Part shown: one piece after another, positions 7,951 through 17,851 of the stretch
How positions within the stretch are numbered: position 1 is the stretch's first letter
Layout of the letters: each line of letters begins with the position of its first letter
Source: Verrucomicrobiota bacterium
Lineage (GTDB): Bacteria; Verrucomicrobiota; Lentisphaeria; Lentisphaerales; Lentisphaeraceae
Reading direction: 5' to 3'
Length of the DNA: 64,000 nt
Assembly: GCA_039798785.1 (NCBI GenBank)
Contig: JBDKFG010000005.1
Coordinates: 32,723-96,722, forward strand
Notes under the pieces: generated by a model
Databases searched by the model: none
What the model was told of the DNA's origin: nothing
What the model saw: only the letters and a program-made list of their open reading frames with translations
Position numbers and translations under genes: made by a program

Positions 7951-10452
7951 ATGCTGCCCGTCCGCGCCCTGCAGAAAGAGATGGAAGAAAGCCTGCGCCG
8001 CGACCGGCGCCTCGTCCTCACCGCGCCCACCGGCTCGGGTAAGTCGACCCAGGTGCCGCAGATGCTGCTCGAATCGGAACTCTGCCCGGGACGGATCCTC
8101 GTGCTGCAGCCGCGCCGCATCGCCGCCCGCATGCTCGCCCGCCGCGTCGCCCAGGAACGAGATTCCAAGCTCGGCGACGAGGTCGGCTACGCCGTCCGCG
8201 GCGAGGGCAAGAGCTCGAACAAGACTCGCATTCTCTTCATCACCGAAGGCATCCTGCTGCGCATGATGCAGGAAGATCCCGAGCTCGATGGAGTTTCAGC
8301 GGTCGTCCTCGACGAATTCCACGAACGCAGCTGGCAGACCGATGTCGCGGTGGCGCTGTGCGCAAAACTGGTGGCGAGACGCGAAGGCCTGCACCTCGTC
8401 GTCATGTCCGCCACGCTCGAAGTCGAAGCGCTGAAACGCTACCTCAATTGTCCCTTCCTCAGCTCCGAAGCCCGCTGCTTCCCGGTCACCGTTGCCTGGC
8501 GTCCCGCGGCGCAGCTCAACGCCCCGATCTGGGGTCTTGCCGCAGCTGTCCTGGAAGAGATCCTGAAGTCGAAACGCGAGGGCGACGTCCTCATCTTCAT
8601 GCCCGGCGGCTACGAAATCCGCCGCACCATCGAGGCCTGCAGCGCGGTTTGCGACTCCCGCGATTCGATCATCCTGCCGCTGCACGGCGAGCTCACCCCA
8701 GAGCAGCAGGACGCCGCCCTGTCGCCAAATGAAAAACGCCGCATCATTGTCGCCACCAACGTCGCCGAAACCTCGTTGACCATTGACGGCATCATCTTCG
8801 TCATCGACGCCGGTCTCGCCCGCGAATCGAGCTTCGACCCGGGTCGCGGCATCGGCACGCTGCTGCTGCAGCCGATCAGCCAGGCCTCATCGGAACAGCG
8901 TGCCGGCCGCGCCGGACGGACCGCGCCGGGCCACTGCTACCGCCTGTGGAGCCAGGAGGAACACCGCCGCCGCGCCTTCCAGACGACTCCGGAAGTGCGC
9001 CGCATGGACCTCGCCGAACTGGTCCTCGGGCTCAAGGGCGTCGGCGTGACCAAGGTCGCCGAATTCCCCTGGTTCGAGCCGCCGCGGCCGGAATCGCTGG
9101 AGCACGCCCTGGAAGTGCTCACCGAGCTCGGCATCCTCGACGCCGACGAAGCCTTGACGCCGCTCGGACGGGAAGTCATGCGCCTGCCCATGCACCCGCG
9201 CCTCGGACGCCTCTTGTGCGAAGCCTCGCGACGCGGCTGCCTCGAAGCGGGCATCGAGGTCGCGGCCCTGGTTTCCGAGCGCGACATCCTGCTCAAGGGA
9301 CGCGAGATCCCGCGCGAACTCGCCCGCCGCCAGGAAGGCCCCGCCTCCGACCTCTTTCTCCTCGCCGATCTGCTCAACGAAGCCCGCAAGGCGAAGTTCT
9401 CCCGCGAGGCCTGCGACCGCCTCGGCCTCAACTCCAACGCCTGCCGCACGGTGGAGGACGCCCGCCGCCACTACGCCCAGGTCTGCGAGAGCCTCGGCCT
9501 CGATTTCCGTGTCCGCTCCGAGCCCGACGCCCTGCTCAAATGCCTGATCACCGCCTTCCCCGACCACCTCGCGGTGCGCAAGGACGGCGGCAGTCTCAAT
9601 GTCGGCCTGTCGAAAGGACGCCGCGGCGTCCTCGATTCCGACACCTGCGCCCGCCGCGAAAAGATCGTCCTGGCGGCGGAGATCCGCGAAGTCGGCGCCG
9701 GTGCCGCGGTGGTGACCAAGCTCTCCTCGATCTCGGAAGTGCCCTTGGCCCTGCTCGAGGAGCTCTATCCGCAGGACCTCAAGAAGGGCCTCGAATACCG
9801 CTGGAACCAGGAGCTCTTGCGGGTCGACCAACTGCGTTGCACCAGCCTCTTCGGCCTCGCCCTCGAGGAGCGCCCTTCCGGCGAAGCCTCGGGCAGCGCC
9901 GCCTCCGCCTTCCTGGTCAAGAAGATGCTCGACGGCGAGCTCACTTTGACGCAATGGAACGAAGCCTGTGACAACTGGATTTCCCGCGTCGCCTGCCTGT
10001 CGCAATGGTTCCCCGAGAAGAAGATGATTTGCTACAGCCGCGACGATCTGGAGCTGCTCTATGCCGAGATCTGCAACGGCGCCTCGCGTTGGCGCGAGGT
10101 CAAGGACCGCCCGGTCTTTGACCACCTGGTCAACCTGCTTTCCTGGGAGGAGCAGCAATTCGTCCGCCAGATGGCGCCCGACAAGATGGATCTTCCCGCC
10201 GCCAAGAAGGCGGTGCGCATCACCTATACCCTCGGCCAGCAACCCAAGGCGACCTGTTACATCCAGGATCTCTTCGGCCTGACCGAATCCCCCTCAATCG
10301 CCGCCGGCCGCGTCAAGCTGCTGCTCGAGATCGTCGCCCCCTCGCGACGCCCCTTGCAGGTCACCGAAGACCTCGCCGGTTTCTGGGAGCGGCTGTATCC
10401 TCAGATCAAGCCGGAGCTGCAGAGGAAGTATCCGCGGTGGAAGTGGGAGTGA
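7951..10452 (+). CDS. hrpB: ATP-dependent RNA helicase HrpB
   Basis: GSGKST, DEFH, SAT, TNVAETSLT, QRAGRAGR, C-terminal FW..YP...ELQRKYP. Confidence 0.95.
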   Translation: MLPVRALQKEMEESLRRDRRLVLTAPTGSGKSTQVPQMLLESELCPGRILVLQPRRIAARMLARRVAQERDSKLGDEVGYAVRGEGKSSNKTRILFITEGILLRMMQEDPELDGVSAVVLDEFHERSWQTDVAVALCAKLVARREGLHLVVMSATLEVEALKRYLNCPFLSSEARCFPVTVAWRPAAQLNAPIWGLAAAVLEEILKSKREGDVLIFMPGGYEIRRTIEACSAVCDSRDSIILPLHGELTPEQQDAALSPNEKRRIIVATNVAETSLTIDGIIFVIDAGLARESSFDPGRGIGTLLLQPISQASSEQRAGRAGRTAPGHCYRLWSQEEHRRRAFQTTPEVRRMDLAELVLGLKGVGVTKVAEFPWFEPPRPESLEHALEVLTELGILDADEALTPLGREVMRLPMHPRLGRLLCEASRRGCLEAGIEVAALVSERDILLKGREIPRELARRQEGPASDLFLLADLLNEARKAKFSREACDRLGLNSNACRTVEDARRHYAQVCESLGLDFRVRSEPDALLKCLITAFPDHLAVRKDGGSLNVGLSKGRRGVLDSDTCARREKIVLAAEIREVGAGAAVVTKLSSISEVPLALLEELYPQDLKKGLEYRWNQELLRVDQLRCTSLFGLALEERPSGEASGSAASAFLVKKMLDGELTLTQWNEACDNWISRVACLSQWFPEKKMICYSRDDLELLYAEICNGASRWREVKDRPVFDHLVNLLSWEEQQFVRQMAPDKMDLPAAKKAVRITYTLGQQPKATCYIQDLFGLTESPSIAAGRVKLLLEIVAPSRRPLQVTEDLAGFWERLYPQIKPELQRKYPRWKWE

Positions 10453-10455
10453 ACC

Positions 10456-10800
10456 ATGAGTAGCAGCTTCAGATTCAAGGCTTCGCACGCCAATTTAAGC
10501 ACCAAAGAGATTGGAGCATTGCGGCGCATCAGTCCGTACTCAATCGCCGAGATTCAACGAAGAGCCGCTTCACAACAGTCCCTACTAGACATTCCAGTTT
10601 TCTCGGGTGAGTGGCCAGCAAGTAAAGCCACGGTTGTTTCGCTTCTAGATGGCATCGAAGAGTCTTGCCTTCCGTTAGAAGTCTACACGGTAGACATTCA
10701 GGCCAGTTCGCAAGAGGCTGAGGAACTCCTCTCTGTCGAACAAGCACGCCAATATCTTCAGTTCTTACGAGAAATCGCGCTGGAAGAAGGCATAGAGTGA
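10456..10800 (+). CDS. Hypothetical protein
   Basis: 114-aa lower-GC ORF starting 3 nt after the hrpB stop. Confidence 0.6.
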   Translation: MSSSFRFKASHANLSTKEIGALRRISPYSIAEIQRRAASQQSLLDIPVFSGEWPASKATVVSLLDGIEESCLPLEVYTVDIQASSQEAEELLSVEQARQYLQFLREIALEEGIE

Positions 10801-10814
10801 CGGCAGGCATCAAG

Positions 10815-11453
10815 TCACGTCGTCGGCCATTCCTTCGCCCAATCCGGTGATTCTTCCGGTTCCGGATTCATCGCGCCGAGATCGACGATGAGCTTGTCGC
10901 CGCGCATCAGTTTTCCGTCCTGGTATTGGAAGGGGCGTCCGTCAGCATCCAGGCCTGCGTTGTTCGCAAAGTGGCCACGCACGGGGGCGGATTGCGGCAA
11001 GGATTGTTTCGGAGCCCCGCGGCCGATGCCGCGCTGCAGGATGGTGAAATCCTTGGGGACTCGACCTTTCAGCAGAACGAGCGAATTCCAGTGGCCTTGC
11101 TCAATGATCAAGGTGCGATTGTCGACGAAGGCGGTGCCGCCATAGCAGTCGTCCTTCGGCCAGAGAGCCAGAGCGCTGAGCCAGGGTGGGCGGCTGATCG
11201 CCACCCAGGTGTCTCCGACTTCGCTGACGCCGTTGTATTTCGAAGCGGTGTAGGCGAAGAGCGAGCCGTCGGGCGACAGCGAGGCCTGCTCGGGGCGCAG
11301 AAAACCGCGGAACCAGGCGCCGGGAACGACGCTGTCATCTTCGGTGTTCCAAAGCAGAAGGCGCGTCCAGGCATTCGGTCCACGGCGCAGGATCACCGCC
11401 TTGGGGGAAGCTGCGGCGAAGAGGAAATGCAGGCGTGGAGGGGGTTTGGACAT
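10815..11453 (-). CDS. Hypothetical protein (beta-rich, SLSPDGSLFAY motif)
   Basis: Start MSKPPPRLH; plausible composition and codon usage. Confidence 0.65.
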   Translation of the reverse strand: MSKPPPRLHFLFAAASPKAVILRRGPNAWTRLLLWNTEDDSVVPGAWFRGFLRPEQASLSPDGSLFAYTASKYNGVSEVGDTWVAISRPPWLSALALWPKDDCYGGTAFVDNRTLIIEQGHWNSLVLLKGRVPKDFTILQRGIGRGAPKQSLPQSAPVRGHFANNAGLDADGRPFQYQDGKLMRGDKLIVDLGAMNPEPEESPDWAKEWPTT

Positions 11454-11533
11454 GGGGCCAAGATAAGTATCCAAAGAAACGCACGCAAGCTTCTCTCCTT
11501 GAATCACGAGTCAATTTCCTGTACAATGAAAGC

Positions 11534-12064
11534 ATGAAAGACCAGCTCAAATCACCTTCCTCGGAAACCCGCCTCCTGATCGCGGGCCTCTTGGTACTGG
11601 TGGCAGTGGTGCTGCTCTTCCCGATTTTTGCGCCTGGGCTGCTCTGCCGGATGGTCAAATCCGAGCGTTGTAAAGAATGCCGGGCGGAGCGCAAGTCGGA
11701 GCAGCGGGTGATCTTCGGCTTCAGGGGGGATTATGTGGTGACCACTTTGGCGCAAGATCAGGTGGCGAAGGATTTCCTCCCCCCGACTCACCGGCACCAG
11801 TGGGTTTATTCCCATGAATCGTCGCGAGATCTGATCTACAATCGCAATGGTTTTTGCTCCATCGGTTCCGGTCGCCATGTGAGCGAGCTGTTTCGTCGTT
11901 ATGTCGATCCCCGCGATCCTTTCCGCACCGCCGTGATGGCCAAGATCCAGGCGGGTCAGTGGCCGGCAGACTCGGTGCGCCGGATTCTGATTCACGATCG
12001 CTCGCTTCTGCCTGCCGAGCTCACGGCGCTTGCCGCAGAGATGGGGGAGCTTCCCAGCGATTAA
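11534..12064 (+). CDS. Hypothetical membrane-anchored protein
   Basis: N-terminal hydrophobic helix then CKEC; TACAAT just upstream (11522-11527). Confidence 0.6.
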   Translation: MKDQLKSPSSETRLLIAGLLVLVAVVLLFPIFAPGLLCRMVKSERCKECRAERKSEQRVIFGFRGDYVVTTLAQDQVAKDFLPPTHRHQWVYSHESSRDLIYNRNGFCSIGSGRHVSELFRRYVDPRDPFRTAVMAKIQAGQWPADSVRRILIHDRSLLPAELTALAAEMGELPSD

Positions 12065-12088
12065 CCTCTGCATCCAATGGAATCTTGC

Positions 12089-12395
12089 CTAAATCAGGAT
12101 GTCCTTCAGCACCTTGGCGGGGAGGACGCCGGTCAGGCCGAGCTCGACCCCGGTGACCCGCACCTTGAACTTGTCGTAGTTGGTAGTTGAGCCCGAGGGT
12201 GTGGAGGACGGTGGCGTTGAAGTCGCGGACTTCGACCGGTTTGTCGATGACCCGGAAGGAGAAGTCGTCGGTGCTGCCGTATTCGATGCCGCCCTTGACG
12301 CCGCCGCCGGCGAGCCACTGGGTGTAGCACTTGGCGTGGTGGTCGCGGCCGTCGCCGCCCTGGGAATACACGGTGCGTCCGAATTCGCCGCCCCA
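12089..12395 (-). pseudogene. DUF1501-family C-terminal remnant, frameshifted
   Basis: WGGEFGRT, GRDHH, WLAGGGVKGG..YGSTD, DFNATVLHTLG; 7-bp duplication gtagttg x2 at 12176-12189 shifts the frame. Confidence 0.85.
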
Positions 12396-12406
12396 GGAGA
12401 CCTGCC

Positions 12407-12475
12407 ATGAACAAGCTCAATCGCCGGAACTTCCTCATGAACAGCGCGCAAGCTTTGACCGCGGCTTTGGCCTGA
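12407..12475 (+). pseudogene. Truncated Tat-signal ORF (MNKLNRRNFLMNSAQ...)
   Basis: AGGAGA RBS, ATG, NRRNFL twin-arginine motif, stop after 22 codons. Confidence 0.55.
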
Positions 12476-12622
12476 GCCCGCTTCTAGAGTCTTTAACGGG
12501 GAGATTCCTACGGGACGAGGTATCGGCATCACTCCATGCATTCCTCATCTCCGGCCAAGCCGTGTGAAAAACCGGAGCCGAACTAGATTGCGGCATTCCA
12601 GAACCCAACCCGAGCAGAGATC

Positions 12623-13756
12623 ATGAGCATCACCGAGAACCGTCGCAAGCTACTTCAAATGGAATTCCTCGTCGGCCTGTTTTTCATCGGCGCCCTCTTC
12701 ATCCTCGGCATCTTCACCATCCTGCTCAAGCCCGAAACTCTGTGGAAGAACACGGTCGAGATTCCGGTCGAGTTCGAGCGTATCGGCTCTCTCAAGGTCG
12801 GGGACAACGTCAGGATCAACGGAGTCTCGGTCGGCAGAGTCCTGGAGCTGAAGAATTCCGACGACTACAGCAAGGTGACTGTGGTCCTCGGCATCCAGGA
12901 CGCCGCGCCGCCGCTGCGCGAGGACTACCGCATCCAGGTCACCTCCTCCTCGGTCCTCGGCGGCCAGTTCGTCAACATCAAGATCGGCAGCAGCACTCGG
13001 AAACTGCTGGCTAAGGACAGCAAGCTCATCGGCCATCCGCCTCTCGACATCCTTGAAGACGCCTCCGAGCTGGTAAAGGCCCTCAAGGAAGACGAAGCCC
13101 ACATCCGCAAGCTCTTCCTCGAAGACAAGATCGGCGAACGGATCGCCAACATCACCAAGGATTTTGAGAACTTCGCGGCGAATGCCAAGGCGATCGGCCA
13201 GCACGTCCAGTCCGGCAACGGCACCGTCGGCAAGCTGCTGATGAAGGAAGAAGGCTACGACAAGATCAAGGAGACCCTCGGCTCCGTCGGCGATGCCGGC
13301 ACCAAGATCGGCAATGCCGCCGACGAAGCGCGCCGCCTCGCTGGCGAGCTCGACAAGCTCCTCGCCGACGCCAAGTCCGGCAAGGGAACCCTCGGCAAGC
13401 TCCTCAAGGACGAAGCCCTCTACGAAGAAGCCCGTCAAGCAGCAGCCAGTCTCCGCACTTTTGCTGAGCGCCTCGCCAACAACGACGGCTCTCTCAACAA
13501 GATCCTGACTGACAAAGGCGAGCTCTACGCCGAGCTGCAGAAGACCTTCTCCAATTTCCGTGAGATCACCGACAAGATCAACTCCGGGGAAGGCACCCTC
13601 GCCAAGCTGGTCAACGATCCCGGCCTCTACGATCAAGCCAAGACCCTGATGAGCAACGCCAACGCCACCGTCAAGGAAGTCAACGACGCGGTCCGCGACT
13701 TCCGCGAACAGTCGCCCGTCGCCACCTTCGGCGGCGTCGTCTTCGGAGCACTCTGA
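12623..13756 (+). CDS. MlaD/MCE-family protein
   Basis: N-terminal TM, LKVGDNVRINGVSVGRV, SSVLGGQFVNI, repeated G.GTLGKL..D..LY helical units. Confidence 0.9.
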   Translation: MSITENRRKLLQMEFLVGLFFIGALFILGIFTILLKPETLWKNTVEIPVEFERIGSLKVGDNVRINGVSVGRVLELKNSDDYSKVTVVLGIQDAAPPLREDYRIQVTSSSVLGGQFVNIKIGSSTRKLLAKDSKLIGHPPLDILEDASELVKALKEDEAHIRKLFLEDKIGERIANITKDFENFAANAKAIGQHVQSGNGTVGKLLMKEEGYDKIKETLGSVGDAGTKIGNAADEARRLAGELDKLLADAKSGKGTLGKLLKDEALYEEARQAAASLRTFAERLANNDGSLNKILTDKGELYAELQKTFSNFREITDKINSGEGTLAKLVNDPGLYDQAKTLMSNANATVKEVNDAVRDFREQSPVATFGGVVFGAL

Positions 13757-14994
13757 TGTTCGGCGGCATCATCCAGCACCTTGGAGTCGTCACCGCCGTC
13801 GACTCGCTAGCGGGGGGGCTGCGCCTCTCGATCGAAAGCCCGGCCTGCCGCGGTGCCCAGGTCGGCGACTCGATCGCGGTCGATGGCGTCTGCCTCACCG
13901 TCACCAGCCTCCAGGGCAGCCTCGCCAGCTTCGACGTCTGGCCCGAATCCCTGCAGCGCACCAGCCTCGCCGGCAAGCGCCCGGGCGACGCGGTCCACTG
14001 CGAAGCCGCCCTGCTCCACGGTGCGCCGATCGGAGGCCATCCGATCGAAGGTCATGTCGACTTCGCCGCCGCCGTGATCGAGCGCGACTCCGTGCCAGGA
14101 AGCGAGCAGCTCCGACTCTGGATCAGCCTGCCCGCCGCCTTTGACGCCCTCCTGCCGGAACGCGCCTACGCCGCGGTCAACGGCGTCAGCCTCACCGTCA
14201 CCGGCCGCCGCGGCCATTCCTTCTCGGTTTCTTTGATTCCCGAAACCCTCCGCCTCACCCGCCTCGGGGAACTGGCCCCGGGAGAGACCGTCAATATCGA
14301 AATCGACCCGGCCATGCGCGCCACCCATGCCAATCCCTTTCTCGACCTGCGTTTCCCCGCCCCCATCGGCGTCCCCCCGATCGAACCGCTGGAAGCCGCC
14401 CGCGCCGCCCTGCACCAGGGCCGCCCGGTGCTGCTGGTCGACGACAGCCTCGCTGGCCCCGCCCTGTCCCTGGTCCTGCTGCCGCAAGGCCTGGAAACCG
14501 GCACCCTGACCGCCGCCCTGGCCTTGAGTCGTTCCCCGGCCATCTGCGCCCTGTCCCCGGACATCGCCGAGCGACTTGCCATCCCGGCGCCGGCGATCAA
14601 CACTCCCTCCGCCTCTGAAGAGGGCCGCCGCATCCTCATCCCGGTGCGTCCCAAAGGTTCGGATCCACTCGATTTTTCGCCTGCTTCGATCCTTGCCACA
14701 GTGGAAATGATGACCTCGCAGGAAAGCGGTATCGGCAGCTGGGCCTGCCCCGGCAACCTCCTGGGCATCCAGATCTTCTCCGACGAGTCGGACGAGACTC
14801 CCGCCTGCTGGGAAGGAGCCGTCGGACTGGCCGAAAGCGCGGGGCTCCCGGGCGTCGCTCTCTGCCTGCCGCTTCACGACGCCTCGGGCCAGGCGCTTGC
14901 CGCCGCCGCCGCGCCGGAAATCGCCGCTCGCTTCCGCCTGCCGCTCCTGCCGGTCGCGAGCGCCGCAAAGCTCCGATTCTCCAGCTTCCGCTAA
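13756..14994 (+). CDS. Riboflavin synthase (alpha-type) fused to a degenerate DHBP synthase (RibB)-like domain
   Basis: MFGGII, GDSIAVDGVCLT, GGHPIEGHVD, NGVSLT, LIPETL; C-terminal half follows the RibB pattern without the catalytic motifs. Confidence 0.8.
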   Translation: MFGGIIQHLGVVTAVDSLAGGLRLSIESPACRGAQVGDSIAVDGVCLTVTSLQGSLASFDVWPESLQRTSLAGKRPGDAVHCEAALLHGAPIGGHPIEGHVDFAAAVIERDSVPGSEQLRLWISLPAAFDALLPERAYAAVNGVSLTVTGRRGHSFSVSLIPETLRLTRLGELAPGETVNIEIDPAMRATHANPFLDLRFPAPIGVPPIEPLEAARAALHQGRPVLLVDDSLAGPALSLVLLPQGLETGTLTAALALSRSPAICALSPDIAERLAIPAPAINTPSASEEGRRILIPVRPKGSDPLDFSPASILATVEMMTSQESGIGSWACPGNLLGIQIFSDESDETPACWEGAVGLAESAGLPGVALCLPLHDASGQALAAAAAPEIAARFRLPLLPVASAAKLRFSSFR

Positions 14995-15020
14995 GACCGC
15001 AAACCCTCAGGAGCCCTGCC

Positions 15021-15383
15021 ATGTCCCAGATCGATACCTGCGTCAGCATCGTCCCCTATTTCCGCATTCACTCCGGGAAGATCGGCGAATTCAAGCTTAT
15101 CTGCGAAAAGTTCGTGGCCCGCACGGCCAGCGAAAAGGACTGCCTTTATTACGGCTTCTGCTTCGACGGCGATCTCGCCTTCTGCCGCGAAGCTTATGCC
15201 GACGGCCAGTCGGCACTGGCTCACATCGAGCATGTCGGCGACATCATCCAGGAGGCTCTCCGGATTTCCGAGCTGGAACGCTTCGAGATCCACGGGCCGG
15301 AATCCGAACTGACCCGGATGCGAGCCCCCCTCGCCGCCTTGAATCCTCTTTGGCTCAGCTGGGAGCTCGGCTTCCGCCGCTGA
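15021..15383 (+). CDS. ABM-like (putative quinol monooxygenase fold) protein
   Basis: EKDCLYYGF, REAYADGQSALAH pattern. Confidence 0.7.
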   Translation: MSQIDTCVSIVPYFRIHSGKIGEFKLICEKFVARTASEKDCLYYGFCFDGDLAFCREAYADGQSALAHIEHVGDIIQEALRISELERFEIHGPESELTRMRAPLAALNPLWLSWELGFRR

Positions 15384-15396
15384 GGCGGAGCTCTCT

Positions 15397-16239
15397 TCAC
15401 TCCGGCTTGCGCCCGAGAACGACACGGTCGTGACCGGAATGGTCTTTCTCCACCCGCACCCGTTCCAATCCGGCGGCGGTGAAGATCGCGGCGACCGCCG
15501 GGCCTTGCTTCCAGCCGATTTCGCAGAGCAGCCAGGCTCCGGGCAGGAGAAATCCCGGCGCCTCAGCGGCGATGCGCCGCAGCAGGGCCAGTCCCTGATC
15601 CTCAGCAAAAAGCGCCAGATGCGGTTCGTGATCGCGCACCTCAACCGCCAGATCCGGCGCTTCGTCGCGGCCGATGTAGGGGGGGTTGGCGGTGATCAAT
15701 GCATACGCACCGGAGACCGGCTCAAACAGGTCTCCCTGATGGAGATTGACGGCCAGGCCGGTCTTGTCGACGTTGCGCCGAGCCCAGGTCATGGCCTCCG
15801 GCGACAGCTCGACCGCATCAATGAAGAGTCCGCCTTTGAAACTCTTCTGCAAGGCCAAAGGCACGCAGGCGGAGCCAGTGCAGAGATCTAGGACCCTATC
15901 GCCGTGCTTGAGAAGGCGCCGGGCATGGTCGACCAGGATCTCGGTGTCGTTGCGGGGAATGAGGACGCCGGGGCCGACGGCCAGGGTCAGACCATAGAAA
16001 TCCATTTCGCCGCAGATGTATTGCAGAGGCTCGCCGGCGGCGCGGCGGCGGAGCAAGGCACGGGCCCTGTCAAGCTCGGTGTCTGAGAGCGGGCGTTCAT
16101 GCTGGGTGTAGAGCTGAAGCCGGCTCAATCCGAGGGCGTGCCCGAGCAGCCATTCAGCTTCGAATCGCGGCGAAGCCGACTTCGATTTCGCCAGCCACTC
16201 GGTGGAGAGCAGCAGGACTTCTTTGAGGGTCTTGGTCAT
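15397..16239 (-). CDS. prmC: Release factor glutamine methyltransferase
   Basis: GEPLQYI, VLIPRNDTE, LDLCTGS, NPPY. Confidence 0.93.
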   Translation of the reverse strand: MTKTLKEVLLLSTEWLAKSKSASPRFEAEWLLGHALGLSRLQLYTQHERPLSDTELDRARALLRRRAAGEPLQYICGEMDFYGLTLAVGPGVLIPRNDTEILVDHARRLLKHGDRVLDLCTGSACVPLALQKSFKGGLFIDAVELSPEAMTWARRNVDKTGLAVNLHQGDLFEPVSGAYALITANPPYIGRDEAPDLAVEVRDHEPHLALFAEDQGLALLRRIAAEAPGFLLPGAWLLCEIGWKQGPAVAAIFTAAGLERVRVEKDHSGHDRVVLGRKPE

Positions 16240-16427
16240 GCGCAGCAAGGGTTCTAGAGTTGTAGGAATTGTGAGATTTTCAGGGCCGAGCTACGAGGCG
16301 GGAAAGGAGCGACACGGCCACAAGAGGTACAAAGAGACGCAGTTTATGCGGTGATTCGCTCTGCCTGCCGCTCTTTCTGTGAAATCTGTGGATCAATTGC
16401 CCTCGATCCTGGATTGGCTCAGGTCGA

Positions 16428-16886
16428 TTATTTCTTCGCTTTGCCGGATTTCTTCTCTGGTGCCACGTGCTCCGCCTCGACATGGATGGCGATGCCCCCG
16501 CGAGGACGGAAGTTGCCGATGACGATGGCGCGGCGCGGGGAGCAGGTGGCGATGACGTCGTCGAGAATGCGATTGACCACTTCTTCGTGGAAGGAGTTGT
16601 GATTGCGGAAGGAAAAGAGGTACATCTTCAGCGACTTGCTCTCGATGCAGCGCTGGTCGGCGATGTAGCGGATGGTGATGTGGCCGAAGTCGGGCTGGCC
16701 GGTGACCGGGCAGAGCGAGGTGAATTCGGGGCAGTCGAAGGTGATCCAGTAGTCGCGCCCGGGGTGGCGGTTGGCGAAACTCTCCAGCTTGGCCTCTTCA
16801 GGGCTGGAGAAGTAGCCGCTTTCGTTCTTGGCGAGAAGAGTCAATCCTTCGATCTTCGGGTTGACGCTGGTCTTGGCTTTTTTCAT
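16428..16886 (-). CDS. queF: preQ0 reductase (type I)
   Basis: PEFTSLCPVTGQPDF, ESKSLKMYL, FHEEVVN, PRGGI. Confidence 0.96.
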   Translation of the reverse strand: MKKAKTSVNPKIEGLTLLAKNESGYFSSPEEAKLESFANRHPGRDYWITFDCPEFTSLCPVTGQPDFGHITIRYIADQRCIESKSLKMYLFSFRNHNSFHEEVVNRILDDVIATCSPRRAIVIGNFRPRGGIAIHVEAEHVAPEKKSGKAKK

Positions 16887-16913
16887 GGTCGTCCTAACTG
16901 CTTTTGCTTGTTG

Positions 16914-16950
16914 TTCAATTCTTAATTCTTAATTCACAATTCTTAATTCT
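16914..16950. repeat. Heptamer array TTAATTC x~5
   Basis: tcaattc ttaattc ttaattc acaattc ttaattc; contains the gmk stop (16943-16945). Confidence 0.9.
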
Positions 16951-17596
16951 TGAGGTGCGGCCAGCCATCGAGGGGGTGGAGCTGCGAGGAGCGGATGGCG
17001 GAGGCCTGGCGGATGGCGTCGAGCCGCTCGGCGGCGCGGTCGGCATCGTCGTTGATGACGAGGAAGTCGTATTCCTGCCAGGCGGCGATCTCGTCGCGGG
17101 CGTTGAGGAGGCGCTTGGCGATCGTCTCCTCGCTGTCGGTGGCGCGCTTGCGGAGGCGCTTTTCGAGCTCGGCGAAGCTCGGCGGGGCGATGAAGACGAA
17201 GACGCAGGCGCGGCGCAACACCTTGTCCTTCTCGCAGGCCTTGCGGAGTTGACGCATCCCCTGGACGTCGATGTCGACCAGGACGTCGCGGCCGTTCTTC
17301 ACCCGGTCGTAGATCTCGCTCTTGAGAGTGCCGTAATAGTTGCCGTGCACTTCGGCATGCTCGAGGAATTCCTCAGCCTCCAGGCGATGGAGGAACTCCT
17401 CGCTTCTAAGGAAGTGATAGTCGCGTCCATCCTTCTCGCCGGAGCGCGGCTTCCGGGTGGTGCACGAGATGCTGAACTCAAGAGATGGAGCGAGCAGAGT
17501 CAGCTTCTGCCGGACCGTGGTCTTGCCGGCGCCGCTCGGGCCGGAGAGGACAAGGGCGACGCCGGGAGAGGAAAAGTGAGGGTATTCAGCGGACAT
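16943..17596 (-). CDS. gmk: Guanylate kinase
   Basis: SGPSGAGKT, SCTTRKPR.GE.DGRDYHF, HGNYYGT, DIDVQG; start could be 17614. Confidence 0.96.
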   Translation of the reverse strand: MSAEYPHFSSPGVALVLSGPSGAGKTTVRQKLTLLAPSLEFSISCTTRKPRSGEKDGRDYHFLRSEEFLHRLEAEEFLEHAEVHGNYYGTLKSEIYDRVKNGRDVLVDIDVQGMRQLRKACEKDKVLRRACVFVFIAPPSFAELEKRLRKRATDSEETIAKRLLNARDEIAAWQEYDFLVINDDADRAAERLDAIRQASAIRSSQLHPLDGWPHLKN

Positions 17597-17851
17597 GGAA
17601 AGGCCTTTCTTCATCGATTGCGGTGCCCGCAAGATATCCTCTTCCGGAGGAATCGCAGCCGCAATCTCCAAAGCCCGCCGCAATCGAACTCGAGCCGAGC
17701 TCAAAAAATAATCGGATTTTGTGCTGAATTCGTGCTCAGAGCCCTTGCAGGCTTGTCTGAGCTTGCTAGAATGAACTCATGGGTGAGCTTGGATCAAGCT
17801 CAACCCAAGAGAGAGAGACAACATCCACCATCAACCCGGAAGGGATACACC

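Noticed and set aside
13200..13640. Four G.GTLGKL..D..LY repeats in the MlaD protein
   Set aside because: Common helical repeat in long MCE proteins, not novel
16887..16950. preQ1 riboswitch upstream of queF
   Set aside because: The gap is a heptamer array plus RBS, with no aptamer stem visible
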